Of a stretch of 64,000 nt of DNA, positions 9,558-20,439 are shown piece after piece; the first letter of the stretch is position 1, and every line of letters begins with the position of its first letter. The notes beneath the pieces are model-generated. The model worked only from the letters and a program-made list of their open reading frames with translations, did not search any database and was not told where the DNA came from. This DNA is from Clostridia bacterium (GTDB lineage Bacteria > Bacillota > Clostridia > Oscillospirales > QAKW01): positions 33,515 through 97,514 of the forward strand of contig JAFSHF010000023.1 in assembly GCA_017440465.1 (NCBI GenBank), given 5' to 3'. Position numbers and translations under genes: made by a program.

Positions 9558-10483
9558 AAAAAGTATTTATTGACGGCAGTGCCGGCACCACCGGCCTGCG
9601 CATCCGCGAGCGGCTTGCCGCAAGGGGCGATATTGAACTGTTGATCCTTTCCGAAGAACTGCGTAAGGACCCTGCCGCCCGCAAAGAGATGCTCAATCAA
9701 GCGGATATCGCCTTTTTATGCTTGCCCGATGATGCGGCAAGGGAGGCGGTGTCGATGATCGAAAATCCCAATACCGTGGTGTTGGATACCTCCACCGCCC
9801 ATCGCACCGACCCCAATTGGTGCTATGGCTTCCCCGAACTTTCGGAAGAACGCTATCAAGCGGTGAAAGAAGCCAAGCGCATCGCGGTCCCCGGTTGCCA
9901 TGCCAGCGGCTTTATCGCATTGGTCGCGCCCTTGGTGGAAGCGGGTGCTTTGCCGAAAGATGCATTGCTGACCTGCCATTCCATCACCGGCTACAGCGGC
10001 GGCGGAAAAAAGATGATCGCTCAATACGAGGCGGAAGAACAAGACCCGCTCTATCAGGCACCCCGCCAATATGCGCTGGGTCAAGCCCATAAGCACCTGC
10101 CCGAAATGAAGGCGATCGCAGGGATCGAGAACGATCCCATCTTTTGCCCCATTGTTTCGGATTTCTATAGCGGAATGGCAGTCACCGTCCCGCTCTTTGC
10201 AAGCCAACTGAACGAAGGCTTTGATATCGAGGCGATCAAAGAGATCTATCGTAAAAAATATCAAGGTCCGATGGTATTCTGGAGCGAAAGCCCCGCCGCC
10301 GATGGCTTTTATTCCGCCGTTGCCTATGGCGATAGCGATAAAATGGAGATCACCGTTCAAGGCAACGCCAAGCGCATTTTGCTTTTGGCCCGCTATAATA
10401 ATTTGGGCAAGGGTGCCTCCGGTGCGGCATTGGAATGTATGAATATCGTATTGGGTGATGCACCCGATAAGAATTTGGAATAA
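9554..10483 (+). CDS. argC: N-acetyl-gamma-glutamyl-phosphate reductase (short, type-2 form)
   Basis: 309 aa. ATGA overlap with argH. Active-site PGCHASG. Confidence 0.9.
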   Translation: MKKVFIDGSAGTTGLRIRERLAARGDIELLILSEELRKDPAARKEMLNQADIAFLCLPDDAAREAVSMIENPNTVVLDTSTAHRTDPNWCYGFPELSEERYQAVKEAKRIAVPGCHASGFIALVAPLVEAGALPKDALLTCHSITGYSGGGKKMIAQYEAEEQDPLYQAPRQYALGQAHKHLPEMKAIAGIENDPIFCPIVSDFYSGMAVTVPLFASQLNEGFDIEAIKEIYRKKYQGPMVFWSESPAADGFYSAVAYGDSDKMEITVQGNAKRILLLARYNNLGKGASGAALECMNIVLGDAPDKNLE

Positions 10484-10494
10484 GGAGTTCATTT

Positions 10495-11706
10495 ATGAAA
10501 ATCATCCAAGGCGGTGTCACCGCCGCAAAAGGATTTCAAGCAAGCGGTATCCACGCAGGCATCCGCAAGAATAAAAGTAAAAAGGATCTGGCACTCATTG
10601 TCAGCGAAGTTCCCGCGCAGGCGGCGGCTGTCTATACCACCAATTTGGTCAAGGGCGCGCCTCTTTCAGTCACAAAGGAGAATATTTCCAACGGCATCGC
10701 GAAGGCGGTCATCTGCAATAGCGGCAACGCCAATACCTGCAATGCCAACGGCATTGAGGTGGCAAAAGAAATGTGCTCGATGGTCGGTAAGGCACTGAAT
10801 ATCGATCCCGCCGATGTGGTGGTGGCATCTACCGGTGTCATCGGTCAGCCGCTGGATTTAGAGCCTATTGCCAACGGCATGGATGCGCTGGTCGCTTCTT
10901 TGAGTGCCGACGGTTATCCTGCCGCCGAAGCGATTATGACCACCGATACTAAGCCGAAGGAAGTGGCGGTGGAATTTGAGATCGACGGCAAGGTCTGCCA
11001 TCTGGGCGGTATCGCCAAGGGGAGCGGAATGATCCATCCCAATATGGCGACCATGCTGGTCTTTTTGACCACCGACTGCGCCATCGACTCGAAAATGCTC
11101 CAAAAAGCCCTGAGCAACGATGTCCAAAATACCTTTAATATGACCAGTGTCGACGGCGATACTTCTACCAACGATATGGTGGTGGTCCTTGCCAATGGGT
11201 TGGCGGGCAACACCCCCATCATCGCCGAAGGTGCCGCTTTTGATACCTTTATGAAGGCGCTCAATACCGTCACTGTCGCCCTCTGCCAAATGATCGCTGG
11301 GGATGGGGAAGGTGCCACCAAGATGCTGGAATGTACCGTCTGCGGCGCCGCCGATCTGCAGACCGCAAAAACCGCCGCCAAGAGTGTTATCTGCTCTTCG
11401 CTGACCAAAGCGGCAATGTTCGGCGCCGATGCCAACTGGGGCAGAGTCCTTTGCGCGATCGGTTATAGCGGTGCAAAAGTAGATGTTTCCAAGGTGGAAT
11501 TGCATTTTGCCTCCAAAGCGGGCAAGATCCTGGTCTGCGAAAACGGGACAGGGGTGGAATTCTCCGAAGACCTTGCCAAAAAGATCCTCTTGGAGGATGA
11601 AATTGAAATTTTGATCGACCTTCATAGCGGCGATGCCAAAGCCACCGCCTGGGGTTGCGATCTGACCTATGATTACGTCAAAATCAACGGCGATTATCGT
11701 ACTTAA
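10495..11706 (+). CDS. argJ: Bifunctional ornithine acetyltransferase / N-acetylglutamate synthase
   Basis: 403 aa with the autoprocessing motif ATMLVFLTTD and a TAAGGAG RBS. Confidence 0.95.
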   Translation: MKIIQGGVTAAKGFQASGIHAGIRKNKSKKDLALIVSEVPAQAAAVYTTNLVKGAPLSVTKENISNGIAKAVICNSGNANTCNANGIEVAKEMCSMVGKALNIDPADVVVASTGVIGQPLDLEPIANGMDALVASLSADGYPAAEAIMTTDTKPKEVAVEFEIDGKVCHLGGIAKGSGMIHPNMATMLVFLTTDCAIDSKMLQKALSNDVQNTFNMTSVDGDTSTNDMVVVLANGLAGNTPIIAEGAAFDTFMKALNTVTVALCQMIAGDGEGATKMLECTVCGAADLQTAKTAAKSVICSSLTKAAMFGADANWGRVLCAIGYSGAKVDVSKVELHFASKAGKILVCENGTGVEFSEDLAKKILLEDEIEILIDLHSGDAKATAWGCDLTYDYVKINGDYRT

Positions 11707-11722
11707 TAAGGAGTAAAGTAAA

Positions 11723-12595
11723 ATGCCTTTATCTTTAACCAATGCGCAACGTGCCGAGGTGCTGACTCAAGCGTTGCCCTATATCAAAAAATATAATAAA
11801 AAAGTCGTTGTCATCAAATACGGCGGCAACGCCATGATCAACGAGCAACTCAAAGAGCAGGTGATGGAAGATATCGTTCTTCTCTCGCTGATTGGTGTCC
11901 GTGTGGTGCTGGTCCATGGCGGCGGCCCCGAAATTACCGAAACGATGAAAAAGGTCGGCAAAGAGAGCGTCTTTTTGAACGGTCTGCGGGTCACCGATAA
12001 GGAGACTGCCGAGATCGTCCAGATGGTGCTGGCGGGCAAGATCAATAAGAGTCTGGTCAACCTGCTGGAAGTCAAGGGCGGCCGCGCTATGGGTCTTTCG
12101 GGAATGGACGATCGGATGATTCTCTGCGAAATGAAGGATGAAGCGCTGGGCTATGTGGGTAAGATCACCAAGGTGAATGTGACTCCGGTCCAGGATCTTC
12201 TGGAAAAAGGTTATATTCCGGTCATTTCCACCGTCGGTTGCGATCAAGAAGGCAATGTTTATAATATCAACGCCGATACCGCCGCCGCGTATATCGCAGG
12301 TGCGATGCAGGCAGAATGTCTCATCACCTTGACCGATATTGCAGGTGTTTTGAAGGATGCCAACGATCCTTCCTCTTTGATTGCTTCTTTGGATATTAAG
12401 GAAGCTAAAGAACTGTTTGCCAGCGGTGTGATCTCGGGCGGTATGATTCCCAAGGTGGAATGTTGCATCGATGCCATCAACCGCGGTGTGCGTAAGGTGT
12501 TTATTATGGATGGGCGGGTGCCCCATTCCATTTTGATTGAGACCCTCACCGATGAAGGTGCAGGTACGATGGTGATCAGAGAGAAGAAAAAGTAA
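11723..12595 (+). CDS. argB: Acetylglutamate kinase
   Basis: 290 aa, amino-acid-kinase fold, VIKYGGNAM N-terminal motif. Confidence 0.95.
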   Translation: MPLSLTNAQRAEVLTQALPYIKKYNKKVVVIKYGGNAMINEQLKEQVMEDIVLLSLIGVRVVLVHGGGPEITETMKKVGKESVFLNGLRVTDKETAEIVQMVLAGKINKSLVNLLEVKGGRAMGLSGMDDRMILCEMKDEALGYVGKITKVNVTPVQDLLEKGYIPVISTVGCDQEGNVYNINADTAAAYIAGAMQAECLITLTDIAGVLKDANDPSSLIASLDIKEAKELFASGVISGGMIPKVECCIDAINRGVRKVFIMDGRVPHSILIETLTDEGAGTMVIREKKK

Positions 12596-13761
12596 TGAAT
12601 ATTCAAGAAAAAGACAGTCAATATGTTGCCCATACCTACGCCCGCTTCCCGCTGGAGCTGGTCAAAGGCGAAGGCTCGCTGGTATGGGATCACGAAGGAA
12701 ACGAATATATCGATTTGGGGAGCGGCATCGCGGTCTCTGCCTTGGGCAGTTGCGATGCAGGCTGGATCCAAGCGGTGGAGCATCAGCTCCATCAGATCCA
12801 GCATACCTCCAATTTGTTTTATACCGCACCGCAGGCGGATCTTGCCGAGCAATTATGCCTGCGGACCGGAATGAAAAAGGTGTTCTTCGGCAATAGCGGC
12901 GCCGAAGCCAATGAATGTGCCATCAAGGTCGCCCGCAAATATGCGGCGGAAAAGAAAGGCACCGATTGCTATACGATCATCACTTTGGAAAATAGTTTCC
13001 ACGGCAGAACTTTGGCGACCCTCGCTGCCACAGGGCAGGAGGTGTTCCATCAGGATTTCCTGCCGCTGATGGAGGGCTTTGCCTATGCCCCCGCCAACGA
13101 TCTGGCGGCGGTGGAAGCCCTTTGCAAGGAGAAAAAAATTGCCGCCATTATGGTGGAATTGGTGCAAGGGGAAGGCGGCGTTGTGCCGCTGACGGCGGAA
13201 TTTTGCCAAGGCTTGCAAAAAATTGCCGATGAGCAGGATATTCTGCTGATCTGCGACGAAGTGCAGACCGGCAACGGCAGAACCGGCGAATTGTATGCCT
13301 ATATGAACTTTGGTCTGCATCCCGATTTAGTAACCACCGCCAAAGGCTTGGGCGGCGGCTTGCCCATCGGTGCTTGCCTGATGGGTGTGCGGGTCGAATC
13401 GGTGCTGGACTATGGTTCCCACGGTTCTACCTTTGGAGGAAACCCCATCGCCGCTGCAGGCGCGCTCTATGTTCTTTCCCAAATCAATGAGGCTTTGCTG
13501 CAGGAAGTAAAAGAAAAGTCTGCATATTTGATTGATCGATTTTCTAAAGCTGAAGGCATTAAAAGTGTCAGCGGAATGGGCTTGATGCTGGGTTTGGAAA
13601 CCGAGCGTCCTGCCGCCGATGTCATTGCCGATTGCCGCGCCAACGGCGTGTTGGTTCTAAAGGCAAAGGATAAAGTGCGGCTGTTGCCGCCGCTGAATAT
13701 CCCGATGGAATTATTGGAAAAAGCCGCTGATGTGATCTGCAATGCGGTAAAGGAGAATTAA
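12595..13761 (+). CDS. argD: Acetylornithine aminotransferase
   Basis: 388 aa class-III aminotransferase. [12 protein letters not shown] and TTAKGLGGG (PLP Lys). 1-nt overlap with argB. Confidence 0.9.
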   Translation: MNIQEKDSQYVAHTYARFPLELVKGEGSLVWDHEGNEYIDLGSGIAVSALGSCDAGWIQAVEHQLHQIQHTSNLFYTAPQADLAEQLCLRTGMKKVFFGNSGAEANECAIKVARKYAAEKKGTDCYTIITLENSFHGRTLATLAATGQEVFHQDFLPLMEGFAYAPANDLAAVEALCKEKKIAAIMVELVQGEGGVVPLTAEFCQGLQKIADEQDILLICDEVQTGNGRTGELYAYMNFGLHPDLVTTAKGLGGGLPIGACLMGVRVESVLDYGSHGSTFGGNPIAAAGALYVLSQINEALLQEVKEKSAYLIDRFSKAEGIKSVSGMGLMLGLETERPAADVIADCRANGVLVLKAKDKVRLLPPLNIPMELLEKAADVICNAVKEN

Positions 13762-13762
13762 A

Positions 13763-14746
13763 ATGAATTTAAAAGGTCGTCATTTTCTGAAATTATTGGA
13801 TTATACCCCCGCCGAGATGGAATATCTGCTGGATCTTGCCGCCGATCTCAAGGCAAAGAAAAAAGCAGGCATCCCGCACAAACTCTGCGAAGGCAAAAAT
13901 ATTGCGCTGATCTTTGAAAAGACCAGCACCCGCACCCGTTGCAGCTTTGAAGTGGCAGCCTACGATCTGGGGATGGGCGTCACCTATCTGGACCCCTCCG
14001 GTTCTCAGATCGGTAAAAAGGAAAGTATCGCCGATACCGCGCGGGTCTTGGGCAGAATCTATGATGGCATCGAATACCGCGGCTTTGGTCAAGAGATTGT
14101 GGAAGAATTGGCAAAGTATGCCGGTGTCCCTGTCTGGAACGGTTTGACCAATGAATTCCATCCCACCCAAATTTTGGCGGATTTTCTCACCATTCGGGAG
14201 CATTTCGGCAAATTAAAGGGCATCAAATTGGTGTATTTCGGAGACGCCCGCTATAATATGGGCAATTCGCTGATGGTCGGCGCGGCGAAGATGGGCTTGC
14301 ATTTCGTCGCCGCCGCTCCCAAGGCCTATTGGCCCGATGCCAAACTGATTGAAGAGTGCCAAACGATTGCCGCCGAGACCGGCGCAATTTTGGAATTTGA
14401 AGAAGATCCCAAGGTCGCCGCCCAAGGTGCCGACGTTTTGTATACCGATGTTTGGGTCTCGATGGGCGAGCCTGCCGAGGTATGGGAGGAACGCATCAAT
14501 GCCCTCAGCCCCTATCAGATCAATGCCGAACTGATGAGCATCGCAGGGGAGAAAGCGGTCTTTATGCACTGCCTGCCCGCGTTCCATGATCTTAAAACCA
14601 CCGTCGGCAAAGAGATCAGCGAAAAATTCGGCATTTCCGAAATGGAAGTCACCGATGAAGTCTTTGAAAGTAATCGATCCATCGTCTTTGATGAGGCGGA
14701 AAATCGGATGCATACTATCAAAGCCGTCATTGCCGCAACAATGTAA
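13763..14746 (+). CDS. argF: Ornithine carbamoyltransferase
   Basis: 327 aa with the [13 protein letters not shown] and HCLP motifs. Confidence 0.95.
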   Translation: MNLKGRHFLKLLDYTPAEMEYLLDLAADLKAKKKAGIPHKLCEGKNIALIFEKTSTRTRCSFEVAAYDLGMGVTYLDPSGSQIGKKESIADTARVLGRIYDGIEYRGFGQEIVEELAKYAGVPVWNGLTNEFHPTQILADFLTIREHFGKLKGIKLVYFGDARYNMGNSLMVGAAKMGLHFVAAAPKAYWPDAKLIEECQTIAAETGAILEFEEDPKVAAQGADVLYTDVWVSMGEPAEVWEERINALSPYQINAELMSIAGEKAVFMHCLPAFHDLKTTVGKEISEKFGISEMEVTDEVFESNRSIVFDEAENRMHTIKAVIAATM

Positions 14747-14750
14747 ATTT

Positions 14751-14785
14751 AAAAGGTCCGTGTTTTTGAACACGGACCTTTTTTT
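14751..14785. terminator. Bidirectional terminator between argF and the convergent DUF308 gene
   Basis: AAAAGGTCCGTG-TTTTTGAA-CACGGACCTTTTTTT. Confidence 0.75.
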
Positions 14786-15344
14786 ATCGAGTTTTTTCAC
14801 TAATCAACTGCGGATAGATGAGAATTTTAAAGAGATATCCGAAGCTTTGGACAATTAAGATCATCGCCACAACAAAGTGCATACCCAAATAATCGTCCAC
14901 CGGCTTGAGCAGGGAGGCAACACCCGAAATGATCTCGATGGAGCCCACAATGCCGAACCGATGCCAGCCGTAATAGTGGTGGGAGCGCAGTTCCCGGGAT
15001 TCGATCAGCTTCAATACACCGCAGACCAATTCCCAAATCCCGAAAAAGAAGGGGATGGTCTTGGCTTCGATCATAGTATTGAACAGCAGAAAAACCGAAA
15101 GGAAGGCGGTGATCATTCCGTCTGCCAAAAGCAGGATCGATCCGTGGATCACATGGCTCTTACGATGGAAGATAAACATATTGATAAACCCTGCCAAGAG
15201 CATCGCGCTCCCCAAAGGAAAGGCAATGGCGACCAGATCTTTATGCCCGTCCAAGGCGGTGAAAATTCCCGCTGATAGCATCAGAATTCCGGCGATCGCC
15301 CATAGAATCTGCGCCCAATGAATTTTAATCTTTCCGATTTTCAT
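14784..15344 (-). CDS. DUF308/HdeD-like integral membrane protein
   Basis: 186 aa with six hydrophobic segments carrying the repeated G-x-G-rich pattern of HdeD-family proteins. Confidence 0.5.
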   Translation of the reverse strand: MKIGKIKIHWAQILWAIAGILMLSAGIFTALDGHKDLVAIAFPLGSAMLLAGFINMFIFHRKSHVIHGSILLLADGMITAFLSVFLLFNTMIEAKTIPFFFGIWELVCGVLKLIESRELRSHHYYGWHRFGIVGSIEIISGVASLLKPVDDYLGMHFVVAMILIVQSFGYLFKILIYPQLISEKTR

Positions 15345-15362
15345 ATGTTGAAATGATCCTTT

Positions 15363-15803
15363 TTATAATACGGTCACTGTTCCGTCTTCGTCGATCTTCA
15401 GCATCTCACCGGTTTGGACAGCGTCCAGAAAATCATCGCCCAGACTATCGATGGTGGGCATGGAAGACGCGGTCCAGACATCCGAAAGGATGGCACCGGC
15501 CGCCGCTAAAGAGTCGATGGGCTTGGAAAAGAGCAGGCAAGCGGGATTTCTGCCCATGGCATTGGCGCAGAAAAGCACCATTCCACCGGTGGTGGAGCCG
15601 ATGGTCTGGGGCAGGCAAAGAGCCTTGCCCGCCATCTCTTTGCCATAGAGATCGGGGTTGTTCTGATCGCCGCAGGTGGCTTTCTTATCGCCAAACTGCA
15701 AGGCTTTCTGGAAAGAGGCCAAGGTGTTGAGTCCGCCGTGGGAAACCAAGGCTTCCGCTTGGCAAGTTCCGGGTACGATCACGCGTCCTTCAAACTGTTT
15801 CAT
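15363..15803 (-). CDS. Aconitase X small subunit (swivel domain, DUF126)
   Basis: 146 aa with AGGAGG inside the 3' end of the upstream gene. The N-terminus MKQFEGRVIVPG..AEALVS is typical of DUF126. Confidence 0.7.
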   Translation of the reverse strand: MKQFEGRVIVPGTCQAEALVSHGGLNTLASFQKALQFGDKKATCGDQNNPDLYGKEMAGKALCLPQTIGSTTGGMVLFCANAMGRNPACLLFSKPIDSLAAAGAILSDVWTASSMPTIDSLGDDFLDAVQTGEMLKIDEDGTVTVL

Positions 15804-15806
15804 CGC

Positions 15807-17096
15807 TTATTGGACCTCCTTTGTAATATAGTCTAAGATCTCTGCGTTGGTATAGTAGCGTGCGGTGGTATAGGTACGGAGCTTATTGGAATTGGTGATG
15901 ACCGGCTTTTTGCCGCAGATGGGATTGTTCATATACATCAGCGGGCAGATATAACTTAAAATAACGCCGGTCGCCTTCAGCCGCGCCGCATAATCGGTCT
16001 TCTCAAAGGCTTCCTTCACCGCAGGGGGAGCGGTAAAGACGGTGGGAATGGAAACTTTTTTGCGCCCGTTTTCCTTGAGTTTCTTTTCCACCTTTTCGGT
16101 CCAATCCACCAGCTGATCGTAGGTCAGATGGGGGCATCCGATAAAGCAAAGTTTCGGTTTGGCATCGGGATTTTTCCAAATGACGGGATAATTATCTTTG
16201 ACCCGCTTGAGCTCGGCATCGTCGATGACATAGACCTGCGCCCCTTCAGCGATCAAGGCATCGCCCTGCTCCTTGGCTTCGGGGGTGAGGTTTTCGATAT
16301 GGTATAAACCAACCGCGCCGTTGGAGGCGGTGGCGGCGCCGAAATCCTTGAGATAGGCTTTATTGTCGCCGTTAAGTTCGGTACCGATAAAGCGATCCAA
16401 GCCCTTGATGTAGGGGACCTCTTCCATCACCTTCATCCCGATGGCAGAGCCCAAAACCTGCGCTTCGGGGATCTCTTTGGTCTGAATATCGATGATCCAG
16501 GTGGCCTTTCTGCCCTCATCGGTCAGCAGACCGAAATAGGGGACATAGCCTAAAATGGAACCGAAGATATCGATGATACCGGAATTGCGGTTGCACCGCG
16601 CACCCAAAACCGAGTTGGCGTAGACCACCGCGCTGGATTCCGCCCAGGAAAGAACCTCGCCTTTTTTGGGAGTGTTGCCCACTTCGTCCAGATAGCAGGC
16701 GCAGGTATAGGCATCCTTGTGCAGCAGCCCTAATTTCTCCAACTGCTTATCGTAACTGTTCTGGCGGGTATACATAAAGTTTTTAAAAACAAAGTTTTCC
16801 AAAAAGTTGGCAGGAACATTGGGGTCCAGTGGCTTGGGGTCCACCGAGAAGTTCTGCTGAGAGATGGCACCCGCTTCGATCAACTGATCCATCAGCTCGT
16901 AAACAGCGGTCATCGCCTTTAAGCCGAAGCTGGTGACCAAATGCCCTTTTTCGCCGGTGACCGGTACCATCTTGGTGGCACCGAAGGCTTCGCCATACAT
17001 AATTAACGTTTTCATTACCTTGGCAAGGGTCTCGCCCTTTTGACCGTCGAGAATGGCTTGTTGCTCAGCGGTCAGTTCCATTTTATATGCAGCCAT
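15807..17096 (-). CDS. Aconitase X catalytic subunit (DUF521)
   Basis: 429 aa, DUF521-like. Its stop lies 3 nt before the small-subunit start. Confidence 0.75.
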   Translation of the reverse strand: MAAYKMELTAEQQAILDGQKGETLAKVMKTLIMYGEAFGATKMVPVTGEKGHLVTSFGLKAMTAVYELMDQLIEAGAISQQNFSVDPKPLDPNVPANFLENFVFKNFMYTRQNSYDKQLEKLGLLHKDAYTCACYLDEVGNTPKKGEVLSWAESSAVVYANSVLGARCNRNSGIIDIFGSILGYVPYFGLLTDEGRKATWIIDIQTKEIPEAQVLGSAIGMKVMEEVPYIKGLDRFIGTELNGDNKAYLKDFGAATASNGAVGLYHIENLTPEAKEQGDALIAEGAQVYVIDDAELKRVKDNYPVIWKNPDAKPKLCFIGCPHLTYDQLVDWTEKVEKKLKENGRKKVSIPTVFTAPPAVKEAFEKTDYAARLKATGVILSYICPLMYMNNPICGKKPVITNSNKLRTYTTARYYTNAEILDYITKEVQ

Positions 17097-17182
17097 AAAA
17101 AAGAGTCCTTTCTTTTAATTTCTGTTAAAAATTATATCATAATAAATATAAAAAAGCAAATGAAGGATATTTAAGAAATGCA

Positions 17183-17211
17183 TTGACACCGTTTTTATTA
17201 AATGCTAAACT
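17183..17211 (+). promoter_or_regulatory. Promoter of cysK
   Basis: TTGACA, 17 nt, TAAACT, with a TGc extended -10. Confidence 0.5.
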
Positions 17212-17234
17212 TCTATTATAAAAGGAGCGATGTT

Positions 17235-18158
17235 ATGGCTATCTATCAATCGATCGACCAGTTGATCGGCAATACGCCGCTTTTGGAACTGTGTAATCTG
17301 CAAAAAGAATTGGGTTTCAAGGCGAAACTATACGCCAAATTAGAGTGTTTCAATCCCGCAGGCTCGGTGAAGGATCGGGTCGCTTTGGCGATGATCCAAA
17401 CCGCTGAGGCGCAAGGAGTGTTGAATAAAGATTCCGTTATCATCGAGCCCACCAGCGGTAATACCGGCATCGGCATCGCCGCTGTCTGCGCGGCAAGGGG
17501 CTATCGCGCGATCATTGTGATGCCCGATAGTATGTCGGTGGAGCGGCAAAAACTGATGACCGCCTATGGCGCAGAGCTGGTGCTCACCCCCGGCTCCCAA
17601 GGGATGAAGGGTGCCATTGCCAAAGCAGAAACTTTGGTAAAAGAAACCGAGGGTGCTATTCTGGCGGGGCAGTTTATCAACCCCGCCAACCCCGCCGCCC
17701 ATTATGCTACCACCGGCCCTGAGATCTATAAGGATACCGAGGGGAAGGTCGATTATTTTGTCGCAGGGGTTGGCACCGGCGGTACCGTTACCGGTACCGG
17801 TAAATACTTGAAAGAGCAAAAACCCACCGTTCAAATTGTTGCGGTGGAACCCGCCGATTCGGCGGTGCTTTCGGGTAAAGCGGCGGGAACCCATCAATTG
17901 CAGGGCATCGGCGCAGGCTTTGTTCCCGATGTTTTGGATACAACGGTCTATGATGAGATCCTTCCGATTACTACCGAACAAGCCTATGATGCGGCGCGGC
18001 TGATGGCAAGAAAGGAAGGGCTTTTGGTGGGCATCTCTTCGGGTGCCGCGCTGGCGGCGGCGTTGGCGGTTGCTGATCGCCCCGAAGCGGAAGGAAAGAT
18101 GATTGTCGTCCTTTTACCTGATACCGGTGACCGTTATCTTTCTACGGATTTATTTTGA
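17235..18158 (+). CDS. cysK: Cysteine synthase A (O-acetylserine sulfhydrylase)
   Basis: ORF trimmed to the ATG at 17235 behind AAAGGAG. PLP-lysine motif NPAGSVKDR and GVGTGGT loop. Confidence 0.9.
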   Translation: MAIYQSIDQLIGNTPLLELCNLQKELGFKAKLYAKLECFNPAGSVKDRVALAMIQTAEAQGVLNKDSVIIEPTSGNTGIGIAAVCAARGYRAIIVMPDSMSVERQKLMTAYGAELVLTPGSQGMKGAIAKAETLVKETEGAILAGQFINPANPAAHYATTGPEIYKDTEGKVDYFVAGVGTGGTVTGTGKYLKEQKPTVQIVAVEPADSAVLSGKAAGTHQLQGIGAGFVPDVLDTTVYDEILPITTEQAYDAARLMARKEGLLVGISSGAALAAALAVADRPEAEGKMIVVLLPDTGDRYLSTDLF

Positions 18159-18160
18159 AT

Positions 18161-18188
18161 AAAAAACTCCCAAAAGGGAGTTTTTTTC
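18161..18188 (+). terminator. Intrinsic terminator
   Basis: AAAAAACTCCC-AAAA-GGGAGTTTTTTT. Confidence 0.75.
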
Positions 18189-18253
18189 TTTACAACGGTG
18201 AAAAAAATATATATAATATATTATTATAAAAATACTTGAGAGAAGGAATGTTC

Positions 18254-19237
18254 ATGAAAATCAGAATCGGCATTGTTGGATACGGAAATTTGGGCAGAGG
18301 CACCGAATGTGCGGTGTCGGCCGCCGAAGATATGGAGCTGGTGGCGATCTTCACCCGCCGCGATCCTGCAGGGATCCAATCAGCAAGCGGTGCGCCCGTT
18401 TATCAGATCGAAAAAGCCTTCGAGATGAAGGATCAGATCGATGTGATGGTTCTTTGCGGCGGCAGTGCCAAGGATCTGCCGGAGCAGACTCCGATGATGG
18501 CAGAGCATTTCAATGTCATCGATAGTTTTGATACCCACGCAAAAATTCCGGAGCATTTTGAAGCGGTGGATGCCGCCTGCCGAAAGAGCGGCAAGGTTGC
18601 GGTCATTTCGGTGGGTTGGGATCCCGGTATGTTCTCGTTGAACCGCTTGTATGGTCAAGCGATCCTGCCCCAAGGTAAGGATTATACCTTCTGGGGTAAG
18701 GGTGTCAGCCAAGGTCATTCCGATGCCATCCGCCGCATTGAGGGAGTGCAGGATGCCCGCCAATATACCATCCCCGTCGGGGAAGCGTTGGAACAGGTAC
18801 GTAAGGGCGAAAATCCCGAACTGACCACCCGCGAAAAGCATACCCGCGAATGTTTCGTTGTGGCAAAAGAGGGTGCCGATTTAAAGGCGATCGAGCAAGC
18901 GATCGTGACCATGCCGAACTATTTTGCCGATTACGATACCACCGTCCATTTCATCTCCCAAGAGGAATTGGATCGGGATCATAAGGGGATTCCCCACGGC
19001 GGCAAGGTCTTCCGCACCGGCAAAACCGGCTGGGATGGAGAAAATACCCATATTATCGAATACAGTTTGAAGCTGGATTCCAACCCCGAATTTACCTCCA
19101 GCGTTTTGACCGCCTATGCCCGCGCGGCCTATCGCTTAAACCAAAAAGGGGAGCAGGGCTGTAAAACGGTCTTCGATATCGCTCCTGCAATGCTGCATCC
19201 TGCCGATCCCGCGGAACTGAGAAAGAACTTGCTCTGA
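18254..19237 (+). CDS. ddh: meso-Diaminopimelate D-dehydrogenase
   Basis: Start taken at the ATG at 18254, 7 nt after GAAGGA. IGIVGYGNLGRG Rossmann motif and VISVGWDPGMFS. Confidence 0.85.
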   Translation: MKIRIGIVGYGNLGRGTECAVSAAEDMELVAIFTRRDPAGIQSASGAPVYQIEKAFEMKDQIDVMVLCGGSAKDLPEQTPMMAEHFNVIDSFDTHAKIPEHFEAVDAACRKSGKVAVISVGWDPGMFSLNRLYGQAILPQGKDYTFWGKGVSQGHSDAIRRIEGVQDARQYTIPVGEALEQVRKGENPELTTREKHTRECFVVAKEGADLKAIEQAIVTMPNYFADYDTTVHFISQEELDRDHKGIPHGGKVFRTGKTGWDGENTHIIEYSLKLDSNPEFTSSVLTAYARAAYRLNQKGEQGCKTVFDIAPAMLHPADPAELRKNLL

Positions 19238-19250
19238 TTTCAAAATCATC

Positions 19251-19279
19251 TTGCAATTTCAATCGAAATATGATATATT
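19251..19279 (+). promoter_or_regulatory. Promoter of the oadB-like gene
   Basis: TTGCAA, 17 nt, TATATT, with a TGa extended -10. Confidence 0.5.
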
Positions 19280-19324
19280 GTTACGCAGTATGTTTATAAG
19301 TATTAAAAATAAGGAGAGTAAAAG

Positions 19325-20425
19325 ATGAACATTCTTTGGGAAAACCTCGCCAGATTTGAAATCGGCAATGTCATTATGATTTTGATCGGTTGCGTTCTTG
19401 TCTATCTGGCAATCAAAAAGGAAATGGAACCCACCTTGCTGTTGCCGATGGGCTTCGGTACCATTCTGGTCAACGTTCCGTTGGCAGATGTTATCACCGA
19501 GCACGGTGCGCTGACGACTTTGTATAACGCCGGTATTGCAAACGAGCTGTTTCCGCTGTTGCTGTTTATCGGTATCGGTGCGATGATCGATTTCGGTCCG
19601 TTGCTCACCAATCCAAAGTTGATGCTGTTTGGCGCGGCTGCGCAGTTCGGTATCTTCTTCACTCTTTCGATGGCGTCCATCTTCTTCGGCGATAACGATG
19701 CCGCATCCATTGCGATCATCGGTGCTGCCGACGGCCCCACCTCGATTGCGGTCGCCAATACCCTGAAATCCGAATATGTCGGTGCCATCACCGTTGCCGC
19801 CTATTCCTATATGGCATTGGTGCCCATCATTCAACCCCCTGTTATTAAGGCACTGACCACCAAGAAAGAGCGGTTGATCCGTATGCCCTATGAGCAAAAG
19901 GACGTTTCTAAGCTCACCCGCATTTTGTTCCCCATCATCATTACTATCGTTGTTTCTGCCATCGTTCCGCAGGCGACTGCGCTGATCGGCTTTTTGATGT
20001 TCGGTAACCTGATCCGCGAGTGTGGTGTTCTGGACTCTTTGTCCGATACCGCGCAGAAGGTTCTGGCCAACCTCATCACCATCTTCCTCGGCATTTCCGT
20101 TGCTTTCAATATGACTGCCGAGAAGTTCTTGAAGCCCGCCACCTTGCTGATTATGTTCTTGGGTCTGATCGCCTTCATCGTCGATACCGCAGGCGGCGTG
20201 CTCTTTGCTAAATTCTTGAACCTGTTCTTGAAAAAGAAGATCAATCCGATGATCGGTGCTGCCGGTATCTCGGCATTCCCGATGTCCGGCCGTATTGTCC
20301 ATAAGATGGGCTTGCAGGAAGATCCGCAGAACTTCTTGCTGATGCATTCCATCGGAGTCAACGTTTCGGGTCAGATCGCCTCGGTTATCGCCGGCGGTAT
20401 CATCCTGAATATGTTCGGGGCATAA
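19325..20425 (+). CDS. Sodium-ion-translocating decarboxylase beta subunit (OadB/GcdB/MmdB family)
   Basis: 366-aa polytopic protein. NELFPLLLFIGIGAMIDFGPLL and IGAADGPTSI are typical of the Na+-pumping beta subunit. Confidence 0.85.
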   Translation: MNILWENLARFEIGNVIMILIGCVLVYLAIKKEMEPTLLLPMGFGTILVNVPLADVITEHGALTTLYNAGIANELFPLLLFIGIGAMIDFGPLLTNPKLMLFGAAAQFGIFFTLSMASIFFGDNDAASIAIIGAADGPTSIAVANTLKSEYVGAITVAAYSYMALVPIIQPPVIKALTTKKERLIRMPYEQKDVSKLTRILFPIIITIVVSAIVPQATALIGFLMFGNLIRECGVLDSLSDTAQKVLANLITIFLGISVAFNMTAEKFLKPATLLIMFLGLIAFIVDTAGGVLFAKFLNLFLKKKINPMIGAAGISAFPMSGRIVHKMGLQEDPQNFLLMHSIGVNVSGQIASVIAGGIILNMFGA

Positions 20426-20439
20426 GGAGGTAAAGAACC

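Noticed and set aside
19259-20347. 362-aa - strand ORF
   Set aside because: Antisense to the OadB-family gene. The translation is a Q/D/G/N/R-rich low-complexity string with no RBS. Shadow ORF.
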